From NCBI GenBank assembly GCA_964510615.1, contig CAZEBA010000010.1, positions 15,754-79,753 of the forward strand: a stretch of DNA of 64,000 nucleotides. The letters run 5' to 3'. Below, in pieces: positions 49,412 to 58,215 of this stretch. Position 1 is the first letter of the stretch, and each line of letters opens with the position of its first letter. Source of the DNA: an uncultured Gemmatimonadota bacterium (GTDB lineage: Bacteria; Gemmatimonadota; Gemmatimonadetes; Palauibacterales; Palauibacteraceae). The notes beneath the pieces were generated by a model that saw nothing but the letters and a program-made list of their open reading frames with translations, made no database searches and had not been told where the DNA came from. Both the position numbers and the translations under genes were made by a program.

Positions 49412-50302
49412 ATGCGTCTGGACTTTCAAGCGGATGATTTCGGCGCCACGTCAACCGTAACGTCCAACATCGCAGCAGCTTGGCGGGAGGGCGTACTGAC
49501 TGGCTGTAGCGTCCTGGCGAACGGTGAGGCACTGGAAGAGGCGGCTCGGGTGGCCAAGTCTTCACCGGCCGGATATCCTCGCATTGCAGTACATCTCAAT
49601 CTGTCGGAGGGAGCTCCGTTGCTCGATCCGGCGGAGGTGTCCGCCCTGGTGGACTCTGCGGGCCGGTTTCACCTTGGGTTCCTCGGTCTTTGGGGGCTTT
49701 GGTTCCGATCGCGTCGTCGCGAGAGACAGGCCCTTCTCCGCCAGGTAGAAGACGAATGGCGAGCACAGATTCAGCGGGTGTGCGACGTCTTCTCGCCATG
49801 TCCGGTGATCGGCATCGACGGACACATCCACGTCCACATGCTGCCATTCCTCTTTCCTATCGCCGCCGAGCTGGCACGGGTTTTCAACATCTCGGAGATC
49901 CGCGTCTCGCACGAGGTGCTGGACCTCAGATACGCGCGCACGCTCCACCCTGGACTGGCCGGGAACCTCGTCAAGCATCTCCTCCTGGCTTTCCTCTCGC
50001 GCCAGGCGCGGCGAACGGCGCAAGATGCCGGACTGGGCGGCTCAGAGAGAATCGCCGGCATCCTGCATGTGGGGCGCTTGGAGGTAGACACGCTCCAGGC
50101 GGCTATCGGCGCAGCGCGTCGCCGGCACGTGAGCTGGCTGGAGATCGTTTGCCACCCGGGGCGCGCCGCGCCAAGCGAGGCGGGGCGATGGAAGCGACAA
50201 CCATGGCTTCTACGCTTTTACCTGGATCAGCGACGAGATGTGGAGCGGGATGCGCTGATCCGCTTGCGCTCCCTTCTCGACGAGGAAGCACGCGACCGAT
50301 GA
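49412..50302 (+). CDS. YdjC/ChbG/HpnK-family carbohydrate deacetylase
   Basis: N-terminal MRLDFQADDFGATSTVTSNI (ADDFG signature) and conserved His cluster IDGHIHVHMLP. Confidence 0.75.
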   Translation: MRLDFQADDFGATSTVTSNIAAAWREGVLTGCSVLANGEALEEAARVAKSSPAGYPRIAVHLNLSEGAPLLDPAEVSALVDSAGRFHLGFLGLWGLWFRSRRRERQALLRQVEDEWRAQIQRVCDVFSPCPVIGIDGHIHVHMLPFLFPIAAELARVFNISEIRVSHEVLDLRYARTLHPGLAGNLVKHLLLAFLSRQARRTAQDAGLGGSERIAGILHVGRLEVDTLQAAIGAARRRHVSWLEIVCHPGRAAPSEAGRWKRQPWLLRFYLDQRRDVERDALIRLRSLLDEEARDR

Positions 50303-50559
50303 GCCGCACCCGCCATCTTGGGTGCTGCCAGCCGCCGGCACGCGGTCAACCAATGCTTGCTTGCACCGGACAGTGTGCTCAAACTCACAACTCCGCAACG
50401 CCGTTCGGCTGGCGAAAAAGCTGGAACGGCGGCTGCGGGAGCTCCGGCAAACTTGACTGGTTGCTCAGGACCCAGTGCTATGTGGTCGACAGGTAGATCA
50501 GCTCGGAGGTGGACCAAGCATCATGACGGTCCCTCTGCCGCCGCGACCGGGCTCCCAGC

Positions 50560-51828
50560 TTGACTCTCGCCAGGCTTCCCCACATACGATGGCCGCAAGT
50601 GCTATCTGTCCTGTTGGTGCTGATCCTCCTGTTTTTCTACGCTGTTCCGTTCTCGCGCCCCCCGGGAGGCTGGCCGCTAGGTGAGCTGCTGGTCAACTAT
50701 CAGGGAGGCTTTGTTCGCCGAGGTTTGTTGGGCGAAGTCGTTTTTCGTATCTCGCTGGCTCTAGACCTTTCTCCGCTCTTCCTGCTCCGCTGGCTGTTTG
50801 TTGCCCTGTCGGTCGTCAACATCCTCGTGTTTGTTTCTCTAAGCGCCGTCGAAGAGCGGCTGCTGAAGCGGGCCACCCTCCTTCTCGCCCCCGTATTGCT
50901 GCTATTCCCAGTGTATGACTTGGCCGCCTACGGTCGGAAGGACCTCATCACCACTGCGCTCCTCGGCGTCCATGCATTGATTGCGCAGCAAACGTTCCGT
51001 CGCCGATTGAGCTTCGGCACGTACGGTACATTACTCGCAGCTCTCATCGCTCCCCTCTTGATGGTGCAAATCCTGACTCACGACGTACAGATCTTTTTCA
51101 TTCCCTTCCACCTCGCCATCACTGTTGCCGTGCTGCAAGATTGTGATGACGCCACCCCACGTCGGGTGCTCTGGCCGTATGTGCCGGTAGCCGCTGTTTC
51201 GGTTCTACCCGTCCTGTTCAACGGTACGAAGGAGACGGCGATTGCAGTCTGCAATTCATGGCATGCCCTGATCGATCAGTTCGGGTATTGTCGTGTCAAC
51301 AGCGATAGCTTCAGCGACCTGGTGCACAGCGGAATGAAGGCGCTGGGGTGGGATTTGCGGAAGCCGATCGGGTACACTCTTCGAACCGTTCGGAATCGCG
51401 AGGCGGCAAGCCTGTTCTTCGTCGCAGCAGCGCTCAGTCTGGTTCCGTATTTCATTTTCTACAGGATGTCCGATGTTTGCCGTGCCGGCGCACCGGTTCC
51501 AGATCGGCTACAGCGGCTGTTGCGGTTCTCCCTGCTGGCGCCGCTGGCGCTGTTCATCATCGGCGGATGGGACTTCGGGAGGTGGCTGCACCTGATTACC
51601 AGTGGCCTGTTCGCGTTGACGTACTGCAGACCGCGACTCGTGCAGAGCCGCGTGCGGTTCGACTCGGTGCTGGAGGGAGCCGGATTCCGGGGGCTGCTTC
51701 CGTACCTACTATTGATCGGTTTGTACGTCGGTTTCTGGTACGTCCCGCATTGCTGCGAGCCGAGCAGCCTGCAGGGTGGGATGTTCGAGGCCGCCAGTGC
51801 CTCATTCCGACTTCTGTTCGGTGGTTAG
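50560..51828 (+). CDS. Hypothetical polytopic membrane protein
   Basis: 422 aa with ~10 predicted TM segments; lower local GC than the flanks (by eye). Confidence 0.5.
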   Translation: MTLARLPHIRWPQVLSVLLVLILLFFYAVPFSRPPGGWPLGELLVNYQGGFVRRGLLGEVVFRISLALDLSPLFLLRWLFVALSVVNILVFVSLSAVEERLLKRATLLLAPVLLLFPVYDLAAYGRKDLITTALLGVHALIAQQTFRRRLSFGTYGTLLAALIAPLLMVQILTHDVQIFFIPFHLAITVAVLQDCDDATPRRVLWPYVPVAAVSVLPVLFNGTKETAIAVCNSWHALIDQFGYCRVNSDSFSDLVHSGMKALGWDLRKPIGYTLRTVRNREAASLFFVAAALSLVPYFIFYRMSDVCRAGAPVPDRLQRLLRFSLLAPLALFIIGGWDFGRWLHLITSGLFALTYCRPRLVQSRVRFDSVLEGAGFRGLLPYLLLIGLYVGFWYVPHCCEPSSLQGGMFEAASASFRLLFGG

Positions 51829-53321
51829 TTGGGTACACAGGCGTCGAGTCGATAGATCAAGTAATAGGCGCTCGCCGCGATCCGATCGCACTCGGCCTCG
51901 ACGAATGCCAGAAGGTCGTCGTGGCGGCGCTTGAACTCTTCGAGGTCCGTGACGACCAGGTAGTCGGCCTCCGAGTCGAGGGCGGCGAACCGAAGGAACA
52001 GGTCCGGCGGACCCGCGTCAGGTTGCGGATCACGACCTCGGGACGACGCGCGCCGCCAGAAGTCCCCGGCCAGCTCGCCGTAGTATGAGAGCGGCACGCC
52101 GTAATAGGGGGAGATGAACACGACGTCCGTGCTGTGATCTACGATCTCTCCGATTTCTCGAGCCAGTTCTGGTGATTCGATCGTGCCGCCCCTCTCGCGA
52201 TGCTCCCGGACTTCGCCGAGGACGGCACGCAGCCCTATGCCCGAGGTAGCTACGAGAAGGGCCACGACGATTCGGCGATCTACTCGGTCCGCAAGGTAGG
52301 TGGCGATGACTTCCAGCACGGGGGTCGTGGCAATGCCAATCGCCGGGAGTAGCACCAGGTGGTAGTAACCAGCGAACCGAACGTGATAGGCGAACACCGC
52401 CAGGAACATGGCGTAGCCGGCGATGAGGCCGTATACGAGTTCCCTCGGCTGCTCCTTCCGAAGCCCGGGCAAACCGATAAGGGCGAGCAGGCAGGGCACG
52501 ACACCGAGAGCGTGTATGGCGGTCGAGGGCCACGACCGCCAGAAGCCGCTCGTAAGCAGGAGGTGGGGGAAGAAGGTCTTACTCGCCTTTTGGGCGAGCA
52601 TGTCGGAAAGGAAGATGCCGTACACGTAGTACGTCGTCCCGACGGCGAGGGCGGTCGATAGGAAAAGCGCGGCGTCGGCATAGCGGGGCGTGCGGGTCCG
52701 TAGTGCCCGCGCCAGCCAGAGGGCGAGGAAAGCGGCCAAGAGGCCGAAAAGGCACAGGGGCTTCACCAGTATGGCGACGCCTGACACGAAGGCGGCGAGC
52801 AACAGGCGCGCCGTCGTGGGCTGCTCGTGATGGCGAAGGATCAGGAGCAAACCGGCCATGAACACCAACATCATGAGGGGCTCGGGAACGAAGACGGCAC
52901 TGATCTCGATGCCCAGCGGCAAGAACAGGTAATAGGCGGTCACCGCCAAGGCGACGCCTGCCCGCGCGAAGCGGCGCAGGATCTGAAAGAATAGGATGCC
53001 CCCGACGAGCCAGAAGCCGGTCGACAGCGTGCTCGGAATCCTGAGTTGCTCCCGTCCGACAAGCCCGTAGACTCGGGCGACCAGCGCCTCGAAGATCGGA
53101 GGTTCCAAGACATCCTGGCGGGCCACGGCCGCCGCCGCTGCTCGAGTCCGCCACTGCGGCACGGGACGGTCGGCGAAGAAATAGCTCCTGGCGATCAATG
53201 CCGAGCGATACTGCCGCTCGGCGATGATGGTGGGCCGTTCGATGTCCAACCTCGCGCCGAGCGCCGCCGCGAGGAGCGCAACGAGAAAGATGGTCGAGAT
53301 CTTCTCCGACGAGACTGGCAT
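51825..53321 (-). CDS. GT-C fold glycosyltransferase, family 39/ArnT-like (PMT_2)
   Basis: Multi-TM N-terminal region with ArnT/PMT-like loops, plus a soluble C-terminal domain. Start taken at MPVSSEKISTIFLV. Confidence 0.6.
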   Translation of the reverse strand: MPVSSEKISTIFLVALLAAALGARLDIERPTIIAERQYRSALIARSYFFADRPVPQWRTRAAAAAVARQDVLEPPIFEALVARVYGLVGREQLRIPSTLSTGFWLVGGILFFQILRRFARAGVALAVTAYYLFLPLGIEISAVFVPEPLMMLVFMAGLLLILRHHEQPTTARLLLAAFVSGVAILVKPLCLFGLLAAFLALWLARALRTRTPRYADAALFLSTALAVGTTYYVYGIFLSDMLAQKASKTFFPHLLLTSGFWRSWPSTAIHALGVVPCLLALIGLPGLRKEQPRELVYGLIAGYAMFLAVFAYHVRFAGYYHLVLLPAIGIATTPVLEVIATYLADRVDRRIVVALLVATSGIGLRAVLGEVREHRERGGTIESPELAREIGEIVDHSTDVVFISPYYGVPLSYYGELAGDFWRRASSRGRDPQPDAGPPDLFLRFAALDSEADYLVVTDLEEFKRRHDDLLAFVEAECDRIAASAYYLIYRLDACVPN

Positions 53322-53401
53322 GGCAGAATGGTACAACATGAGGGTCGGCCGCGCGTGCGCCGCCGGCGCGTTGCGGCACCATGGGTACGTCCAGCGACCG
53401 G

Positions 53402-54667
53402 ATGAAGAGTCTGCGGCCGTCTAACGCGGCGGTTCTGATCGTCGCAACGGTCCTCTCTCTCGCCCTGGTCGAGCTCACCGCCCGGCTGCTCGTGGAGCCA
53501 TCCGATGTGTCGGCAGGGCGACTGCTCGGAGTGGAGCTTCCTCCGCTCGAGGCATTTGCGAAATCGCCGACGGCCTGGGACACGTCGGGAGAGAGAGCCG
53601 AGCGACTCGTCGATGACGGTCCGCTCACGTACGGCGATCTATACGGTATCCAGCGGGAGGATTCGCTGCTCGGATATACGGCTCTCGAGGGTACGCGCTC
53701 CCGAAATGGCTGGTGGGAGTCCAACGAGATCGGCGCGCGAGCCAGGGTCTCTTCAGCCCACGCCGAGCGAGGCCGTCTCCTCGTGTTTGGCGAGTCGTTC
53801 GCCCAGGGAAGCCGCGTCAAGCAGGAGGATGCCTGGGCCTCGGTACTGGACTCCCTGTGCGCCGAGTACGAGGTCATGAACTTCGGCGTTGACGGCTACA
53901 GCATGGGGCAGGCATACCTTCGCTACCGTGTCGTGGCATCGCGCATCGAACACGAGGCTGTACTTCTGATGTTCACCCCGAGCGTGGATCTGTGGCGCGA
54001 TCTGAATTCTCTCAGAGCCCTTCGTGGATGGATAGGCGTCCCGCTGGTGCCGCGCTTCGTGCTCGACGGCGAGGGCCTCAGGGTAGCAGAAAGGCCCTAC
54101 CCGAACCTGGCGACCGCCCTCGAAGCGAACCAGGGGGCGATCTCGCCGCCCCTGCACGCTTATCTACTTCGATACGACCGGTTCTATTGTGTACCGTTGT
54201 ACAAGGTGCCGCCCGTGGTGGGTGACTTCATGCTCTACAAGATCGCGGCGGCTGGATGGTGTCGCATTCGACTGATCCGCTTGAAGTCGGAGCTTCTCGA
54301 GCCGAAGGGGGAAGCCGTGCGGCTCGTGCAGGAGATCTTCGCGGCTGCGCGTCGCGAGGCAGAAGAGAACGGGGCGCGCTTCGTCCTGGCGATCCTGCCG
54401 GCACCGAACGACTTGAGTACTCGTGTGGCCAGCAAAGCGTACGCCAAGCAGCTCGACGAACTGGGGCAGCTCTTCTGCTCGGAGACTCCATGTATCGACC
54501 TGACCGAGGATCTGTCCTCGCTCCCGCCCGGGCAGCTTGATTTCGGTGCCGACGGGACGCACTACGGCCCCCTGGCGAATCGGCGGATCGCGGAGAGCAT
54601 AGCCGCGAGGTTCGGCTGTCACCAAGCGATTGGCGGGCGGCCAGCGCATGAGCCGGTCGAGGAGTGA
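53402..54667 (+). CDS. Membrane-anchored SGNH/GDSL-like hydrolase (putative)
   Basis: N-terminal signal anchor VLIVATVLSLALVEL; GDS-like block LLVFGESFAQG; distal DGTHY (DxxH-like). Tentative family assignment. Confidence 0.45.
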   Translation: MKSLRPSNAAVLIVATVLSLALVELTARLLVEPSDVSAGRLLGVELPPLEAFAKSPTAWDTSGERAERLVDDGPLTYGDLYGIQREDSLLGYTALEGTRSRNGWWESNEIGARARVSSAHAERGRLLVFGESFAQGSRVKQEDAWASVLDSLCAEYEVMNFGVDGYSMGQAYLRYRVVASRIEHEAVLLMFTPSVDLWRDLNSLRALRGWIGVPLVPRFVLDGEGLRVAERPYPNLATALEANQGAISPPLHAYLLRYDRFYCVPLYKVPPVVGDFMLYKIAAAGWCRIRLIRLKSELLEPKGEAVRLVQEIFAAARREAEENGARFVLAILPAPNDLSTRVASKAYAKQLDELGQLFCSETPCIDLTEDLSSLPPGQLDFGADGTHYGPLANRRIAESIAARFGCHQAIGGRPAHEPVEE

Positions 54668-56010
54668 TGCCACGTCACGCTGGTCGAACCGCCCAATGGC
54701 TGCACGCGGTGGTCATCGTCGTGGTCATGAACGCGATCTTCGCCGTCGTCGGCATGTTGGTGGCCACGGTGCAACGCGGGCCCCTAAGAGATCGAGTCAG
54801 GGACGCTTTTGAATCCGGCGATCTGATTCAAGCGGACTGGTCATCGTTCGACATCCGGAGAGGCTCGAATCAGTACGTTGAGTGCATCGTCCTCCAGATG
54901 GTCACCAATCCCGTCGACTCTCCGCTTCGATATGTCGCGGGGCCGATCGTGCGTTCGGTCGATCTGAGCGGGGCCGATCAGTGCCGGACGCTCTACCGAT
55001 TGACCGTGCGGGCGGAACCACCAGACGAGTTCCGGAGCTTTCGTTACACGCGCTACTGGCACGGATACAACGTATTCGCCGCTCTCTACCTGAGAGTCGC
55101 CAGCCTTCGAAGCGCCAGGCTCATGCTTGGAATCGGGCTGTTTGGCAGCCTGGTTCTGCTTGTTCTGGTGTCCATCAGGCAGCAAAACTCTCGATTACGT
55201 TCACTTGGCCTGGCAATAGGTATCTTCGGCCTCTTCTGCTGGGCCATCCCGTACTTCGGCCAGGCCTTCAGTCACGGTCCCGGCGACACGATCGTCGTCA
55301 TGGGGCTGGCCGGTCTCATTGCGTTCCCCGGTATTTGCTCGAACCCGCGGCGGCTGACCCTCTTCTGCGCACTCTACGGAACGCTGGTCGTCTACCTCGA
55401 GTTCATGACGGGACCGTTGCCAACGGCTGCCGGGTTCCTCTTTCCAGCGGTCTACGCTGCAAGGGGAACTGCGGTAGGCATCGATTCGAAGGAACAGTGG
55501 CTCACGTCGATCCGAGCCTTGACGGCGTTCGGGCTCGGAGCGGGCCTTACGGTGGTCCTCAAGCTCTTGCTCTCGGTCGCGGTCTTCGGTCCCGGCGCTC
55601 TCGATTCGTTTGTCAGCAACTTCGTTTACTATGCAAGACCGGCAAGCTCAGACGCGCCGCTGCCGACGTTCTTGTTGCCTTTCGGCCGACTGTATCGGAA
55701 GGGCACCACACTGACCTACGGCAGCGAGGTGGGTGCCCAGCTCTTGTTTGCCTCGGCTGTTGGATCGTGGGTGGCGTCGGCCCTGCTCGTCGCCCTAAGG
55801 AGAAGGCCGAGGAGTACCGACGATCTGCTCGCGCCCCTGACCGGTGTCCTGATCGTGATCATCTGGATCATGCTCTTCCAGACACACACCTTCGGCCACG
55901 CCGTGTTCATGGTTCGCATGATGATCGTGCCGATATCTCTCGGTTGGACAGCCGTGGCCTGGCAGCTCGGTCGAGAGCATCCCCCCTTGCCTCCTTCCCG
56001 TCCCGCGTAG
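54664..56010 (+). CDS. Hypothetical polytopic membrane protein
   Basis: 448 aa with ~10 TM helices; ATGA overlap with the upstream gene; no recognisable motif. Confidence 0.5.
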   Translation: MMPRHAGRTAQWLHAVVIVVVMNAIFAVVGMLVATVQRGPLRDRVRDAFESGDLIQADWSSFDIRRGSNQYVECIVLQMVTNPVDSPLRYVAGPIVRSVDLSGADQCRTLYRLTVRAEPPDEFRSFRYTRYWHGYNVFAALYLRVASLRSARLMLGIGLFGSLVLLVLVSIRQQNSRLRSLGLAIGIFGLFCWAIPYFGQAFSHGPGDTIVVMGLAGLIAFPGICSNPRRLTLFCALYGTLVVYLEFMTGPLPTAAGFLFPAVYAARGTAVGIDSKEQWLTSIRALTAFGLGAGLTVVLKLLLSVAVFGPGALDSFVSNFVYYARPASSDAPLPTFLLPFGRLYRKGTTLTYGSEVGAQLLFASAVGSWVASALLVALRRRPRSTDDLLAPLTGVLIVIIWIMLFQTHTFGHAVFMVRMMIVPISLGWTAVAWQLGREHPPLPPSRPA

Positions 56011-56045
56011 TACGTTTCGGTTACTTTCGGGTTTTATTCGGTTTC
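56009..56045 (+). promoter_or_regulatory. Candidate operator/promoter upstream of imuA: near-palindrome AGTACGTTTCGGTTACT plus TTTCGG(G)TT direct repeats
   Basis: Unusually AT-rich stretch (…AGTACGTTTCGGTTACTTTCGGGTTTTATTCGGTTTCAGT…) about 50-85 nt upstream of the imuA start; SOS cassettes are normally LexA-controlled. Confidence 0.25.
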
Positions 56046-56092
56046 AGTCCGGGACCGGGGTTTTCTGACCGTCGGGTGCTCAGGAGGGGAAG

Positions 56093-56803
56093 GTGTCTCG
56101 CGCGGTCGCGCTCCAGGAGCTCGAGCGGAGGATCGAGGGGGTAGAGGGCCGCCCGGCGGCCGGGGTGGATACGGTGCCGACGGGCCTGGTCCCGCTGGAC
56201 GCGTTGCTGCCGGAGGGAGGGCTGCCGCGCGGGCGGGCGACGGAGTGGTCCGGTCCGCGCTCCTGCGGGAAGCTGGCCCTTCTCCGCCGTGCCTTGAGCG
56301 GGTTTCACGCGCTCGGGGAGCCGGTGGTGCTGATCGATGCCCTCCATCTGGCCCACGCGCCGGATTGGCTGGAGCTGTCGGAGCGCGGCCCGGCGTTCTG
56401 GGTCATCCGCCCGCCTCCCGGAGAGGCAGCCTGGTGTGCCGATCTGGTGCTTCGCAGCGGGGCGTTCGGGGCGGTCGTTCTCGACGTGGTCGATGGTCCG
56501 CCGTCGGGAGTCGAGGTGCGTCGGAGCGTGGGCGTGCGGCTCCAGCGACTGGCCGAGGAGGCGGGCTCCGTCCTGATCCTGCTCGCGGAGCTTCCCGTGG
56601 CCGGCCTCCGGCTCCGTTTCCGGCCGGGCCAGGTCCGACCCGATGACGGCTCTCCCTTCGGCCCGTTCCTCCCGTCGAGCCGTCCCGTGCGGGTGCAGGT
56701 GGGCAGGGGAAGGTGGGTGGAGCTTCCCGTGGCGTGCCCGCCACCGGCCCTGCGGAGCTCGGAAACCGTGGACCTCGGCCGGGATCGGAAAGGGCCGTTG
56801 TGA
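56093..56803 (+). CDS. imuA: ImuA (SOS-mutagenesis cassette protein, RecA/SulA-like)
   Basis: GTG start after AGGAGGGGAAGG; conserved LERRIEGVEG...VPTGLVPLDALLPEGGLPRGRATEW...VLIDA... pattern of ImuA. Confidence 0.7.
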   Translation: MSRAVALQELERRIEGVEGRPAAGVDTVPTGLVPLDALLPEGGLPRGRATEWSGPRSCGKLALLRRALSGFHALGEPVVLIDALHLAHAPDWLELSERGPAFWVIRPPPGEAAWCADLVLRSGAFGAVVLDVVDGPPSGVEVRRSVGVRLQRLAEEAGSVLILLAELPVAGLRLRFRPGQVRPDDGSPFGPFLPSSRPVRVQVGRGRWVELPVACPPPALRSSETVDLGRDRKGPL

Positions 56804-58215
56804 GCCGGATCGCCTCGGTACGGGTGGAGCGTTCCGGGGCCGGGGCACGGGATCTCATGGGGCCGCTGCTGCGGGGGAGCCCCCGTGTCATGCTCGTGGG
56901 ACCGGAGTCCGGTCGGGTCGATGCGCGCGGGTGGGAGCGTCTGGGCGGCGAGCCGGCGCTCGGCCGGGTTCTCATCGAGGCGCTCGAGGAAGCCGGGATG
57001 CGCGGCATCGGCGTCGGGATCGGGGATGTGGCGGTGGTGGCCGATGCCGCGGCCCGGCTGGCTGCTCCGGGTCCGATCATCGTTCCATCCGGCGGGGGGC
57101 GGGAGTTCCTCGCCCCGCTGCCCCTTGGGATCCTGCCGATCTCCGAGGAGCTGTGCGAGGAATTTCGAGCCCTCGGGTGGGTGCGGATCGGCCAGCTGGC
57201 CGAGCGGGAGCGGAGTGAGCTGGAAGCGCGCTTCGGTCCGGCCGGACTCGAGGCGCACCGGTGGGCGTGTGGGGAGGACGAGCGCGCCTTCCGTCCCCTC
57301 CCGCCGCCGGAGCGACCGGAGGTGTCGCTGGAGCTGGAAGGCGCGGTGACGGCCCTGGAGCCGTTGCTGTTCGCACTTCGCCATCTGCTGGCCAGGCTCT
57401 GCGCCGGCCTGACCGGAGGGTCGTGCGTCTCCGAGCTCCGACTTCGCCTGGAGCTGGATGGAGGTGGCCGTCGCGAGGCGACGGTCGTGCCGGCGCGGCC
57501 GACCCGTCGGGAGCCGTTGCTGTTCGATCTCTGCCGAGCGGCGCTGGAGCGCTCGGAGGAGGGGGGAAGGCTGGCAGCCCCGGTGGTCGGCCTCGCGCTG
57601 GAGCTCCGCGAGACCGCGCCCGCGGAGGCCCGGCAGGGAGACCTGTTCCGGCGTGACTGGCGGGTGGGGGGAGGATGGGACGACCCGCTCGGGGCGGCGA
57701 TCGCGCTCGCGCGACTTCAGGCACGGTTGGGGGAGAACGTGGTCGTCACGCCCGGCGTCCGCGCGGATCACCGACCCGAGAGCCGTAGCGCCTGGATCTC
57801 CGTGACGCCAGAGGTTCTCGGAGCCCGGAACGGCGCGTCCGGAGCCCGGGTCGGTCCGTCCGGAGCCCGGGTCGGTCCGTCCGGGGCGCATGCCGGCATG
57901 CCCGAAGCCGCCACGGCTGCCCTGCCCGAAGCCGCCACAGCCGGCCTGCCCGCCGTCCTCCGGCTGCTGCCCGAGCCCGAGCCCGTTCGCGTGCGGTCGG
58001 AGGCGGACCGGCCCATCGAGCTGTGGGACGACCGGGGCCGGCACGAGGTGGTCGCGGCCGAGGGACCGGAGCGGCTGTCGGGGGACTGGTGGAAGGATCC
58101 GTACCGGCGCGAGTACTTCCGCGTCTGCACCTCGGGGGGAGAGCTGCTCTGGCTCTTCCGCGAGTACCGCCGCAGCGGGGAGCTGCGATGGTGGCTGCAC
58201 GGATGGTGGGACTGA
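56800..58215 (+). CDS. imuB: ImuB (inactive Y-family polymerase-like protein); appears N-terminally short
   Basis: GTGA overlap with imuA. Y-family thumb/HhH region LPLGILPISEELCEEFRALGWVRIGQLAERERSELEARFGPAGLEAHRWACGED. The proline/alanine-rich C-terminal part contains 24-nt tandem repeats (ARVGPSG x2). Confidence 0.7.
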   Translation: MSRIASVRVERSGAGARDLMGPLLRGSPRVMLVGPESGRVDARGWERLGGEPALGRVLIEALEEAGMRGIGVGIGDVAVVADAAARLAAPGPIIVPSGGGREFLAPLPLGILPISEELCEEFRALGWVRIGQLAERERSELEARFGPAGLEAHRWACGEDERAFRPLPPPERPEVSLELEGAVTALEPLLFALRHLLARLCAGLTGGSCVSELRLRLELDGGGRREATVVPARPTRREPLLFDLCRAALERSEEGGRLAAPVVGLALELRETAPAEARQGDLFRRDWRVGGGWDDPLGAAIALARLQARLGENVVVTPGVRADHRPESRSAWISVTPEVLGARNGASGARVGPSGARVGPSGAHAGMPEAATAALPEAATAGLPAVLRLLPEPEPVRVRSEADRPIELWDDRGRHEVVAAEGPERLSGDWWKDPYRREYFRVCTSGGELLWLFREYRRSGELRWWLHGWWD

